The notes under the pieces were generated by a model. That model ran no database searches. It saw nothing but the letters and a program-made list of their open reading frames with translations, and was not told where the DNA came from. Below are positions 62,419 through 64,000 of a stretch of 64,000 nucleotides of DNA, piece after piece. Positions within the stretch are counted from its first letter, which is position 1; each line of letters starts with the position of its first letter. Location: positions 22,754,001 through 22,818,000 of the forward strand of contig NC_091480.1 in assembly GCF_036971445.1 (NCBI RefSeq). Direction: 5' to 3'. Origin of the DNA: Narcine bancroftii (lineage: Eukaryota). The position numbers were made by a program, and so were the translations under genes.

Positions 62419-62931
62419 CCTTCAATGTAAATATTCGAAAGCCAGCACCCATTGAAGGTGACACTCAACACAAACTCCACTCACCAGCTATTAAATTCAT
62501 CCATGGCCCTGGCATGTATCTGGAAATGGACAGCTTTGTTCTTAATCTAAACCCTTTCCCCACATCCTACCTCATTGGCTTGCGGTTTGCCATTGCCAAC
62601 ACCAACAGCCTCTCCTAGCTTCTTTACAGGACTCTTCCACAATCTGCAACCTATCTTGCTCCACCATTGTCTCCCACCTTGGCAGGCTTTGCCAATTCAG
62701 TAATTTTTTTTAAATTCAGAAGAAATTCTAACACGTTATCCTCTGTACTAGGGTGGTTCAGATTGCTCCAAAACACGTGACAATTTTAGTTGCAGAGCAT
62801 TTGTTTATCTTTTGTATAGATGATGAATGATTCTGTTTTTAATCTGAATTTGTCTTGATTCCATCCATCTGCAAATTAATTGTGTAATATTACTGAAATC
62901 TATTTTAGGTTTCTGTTAAATATTTCCCCCC

Positions 62932-63053
62932 CTCACCTCAACTTTTTTCCCCACTCAATACCACCTTAAGTAATCACTTATTAACCATAGAGCACCGCTG
63001 CCATAGGTGTAGGGCAGTATCTGAGTGGGGAAAAAAATGGTTGAGAACCATTG
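62932..63053. mobile_element. Single mini-MITE unit of the hAT family
   Basis: CTCAAC...CCCACTCAATACCACCTTAAG...GTTGAGAACCATTG with no spacer. Confidence 0.7.
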
Positions 63054-63634
63054 CCTTATGCCAAATATATGTCCTCTGGTTACCGATTTCCTATACTCGG
63101 GGCAAAAAAAAAAACTTGATTCAACTGATCTATTCTTGTTGTGATTTTGTGTACCTCTATGAGATCACCCTTGATCCTCCTGTTTTCCAAGGAATAAAGT
63201 CCTAACTTACTTAACCTCTCTCTCCCTCACCACCACTGAACCATAAACATTTAGCTATTGAATTGCCTGATCAACAAAAGGCCAACTTGAGGTCAGATCT
63301 AAGTTTTTGGACCTTTATAAACCAAGGGTTAACATGTGCTGTACATTTGCAGTTTTTCTGTGTTGTATTTCCAGCATTATATTTGTCCATTTTATAGGCT
63401 TTATTTCAAACTCAATAAATGTGCCTTATGAAATGCATAAGGACACAGAATTTTGGTGAAAGGAATAATGTTCTTTGGAGAAGAAATTGCTTAATTTATC
63501 TCAAAATCTTTTTTTTTTCTCCAATGCATTAGAAGTGCTAGGAGAGAATTCCAAATTGCTATTGAAACTGTGGATTAGCAGACTGTGGGAAATTAAAAGA
63601 TAGCTGAGAACCAAAGTTCCACATGCACAAAGAC

Positions 63635-64000
63635 AATTTCAGATTCAAATTTCAGATTTATTGTCACGGTACATATATGACATCAGATGCACCCCTGAGA
63701 TTCTTTTGCTCCTGCAGGTGAGGCAGAATTACCACTTATTGGTAGTACAAATAAAAAGTACACAGGTAAACAAATAAACAAACTTACTTTGAAATACAGA
63801 GAGAGAAAAGAAAATCAATGAAGTGCAAAAGTTAGATTCCTTAAATTTCCTGATTGAGTTTGCTGTCGAGGAGTCTGATGGTGGAGGGGTAGCAGCTGTT
63901 TCTGAACCTGGTGGTGTGAGTCTTGTGGCACCTAGACCTCTTTCCTAATGGTAGCAGCGAGAACAGAGCGTGTGCTGCTCTCCAAAGGCAGCATTCCCTA
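63635..64000 (-). mobile_element. Rex1/Babar-like 3' tail, runs off window end
   Basis: TTTCAGATT-repeat tail; GGTAGCAGCTGTTTCTGAACCTGG; paralogue of 54790. Confidence 0.8.

Overview
Vertebrate nuclear DNA, AT-rich and repeat-dense, most likely from a cartilaginous fish such as a ray. This is inferred from HE1/V-SINE-like and DeuSINE-like SINEs plus CR1, Rex1/Babar, L1 and Penelope-type repeats. I found no supportable host protein-coding gene. Every ORF with recognisable protein similarity is a broken transposable-element (TE) fragment, so the window is probably a large intron or gene desert. It contains two L1-clade ORF2 relics (one with a 13-bp target-site duplication, TSD), a Mag-like Gypsy provirus with a tRNA-Leu primer-binding site (PBS) and 5-bp TSD, several solo LTRs, Tc1 and Chapaev-like transposase relics, and hAT and Tigger/Tc2-type MITEs. 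Unique stretches between the repeats carry homeodomain/Meis motifs and may be conserved enhancers. The most unusual observations are (1) six minimal hammerhead-ribozyme motifs in Penelope-type termini, mostly with a UUGA core variant, (2) a 5S rRNA-headed SINE whose tail matches a Rex/Babar-style 3' end, (3) a compound hAT MITE built from two inverted mini-MITEs, (4) a hAT-ended foldback built from two SINE tails, and (5) a (CCCTAA)2 insert present in only one of two paralogous LTRs. All family names come from visual motif recognition, not database searches, and I cannot establish that any finding is undescribed.
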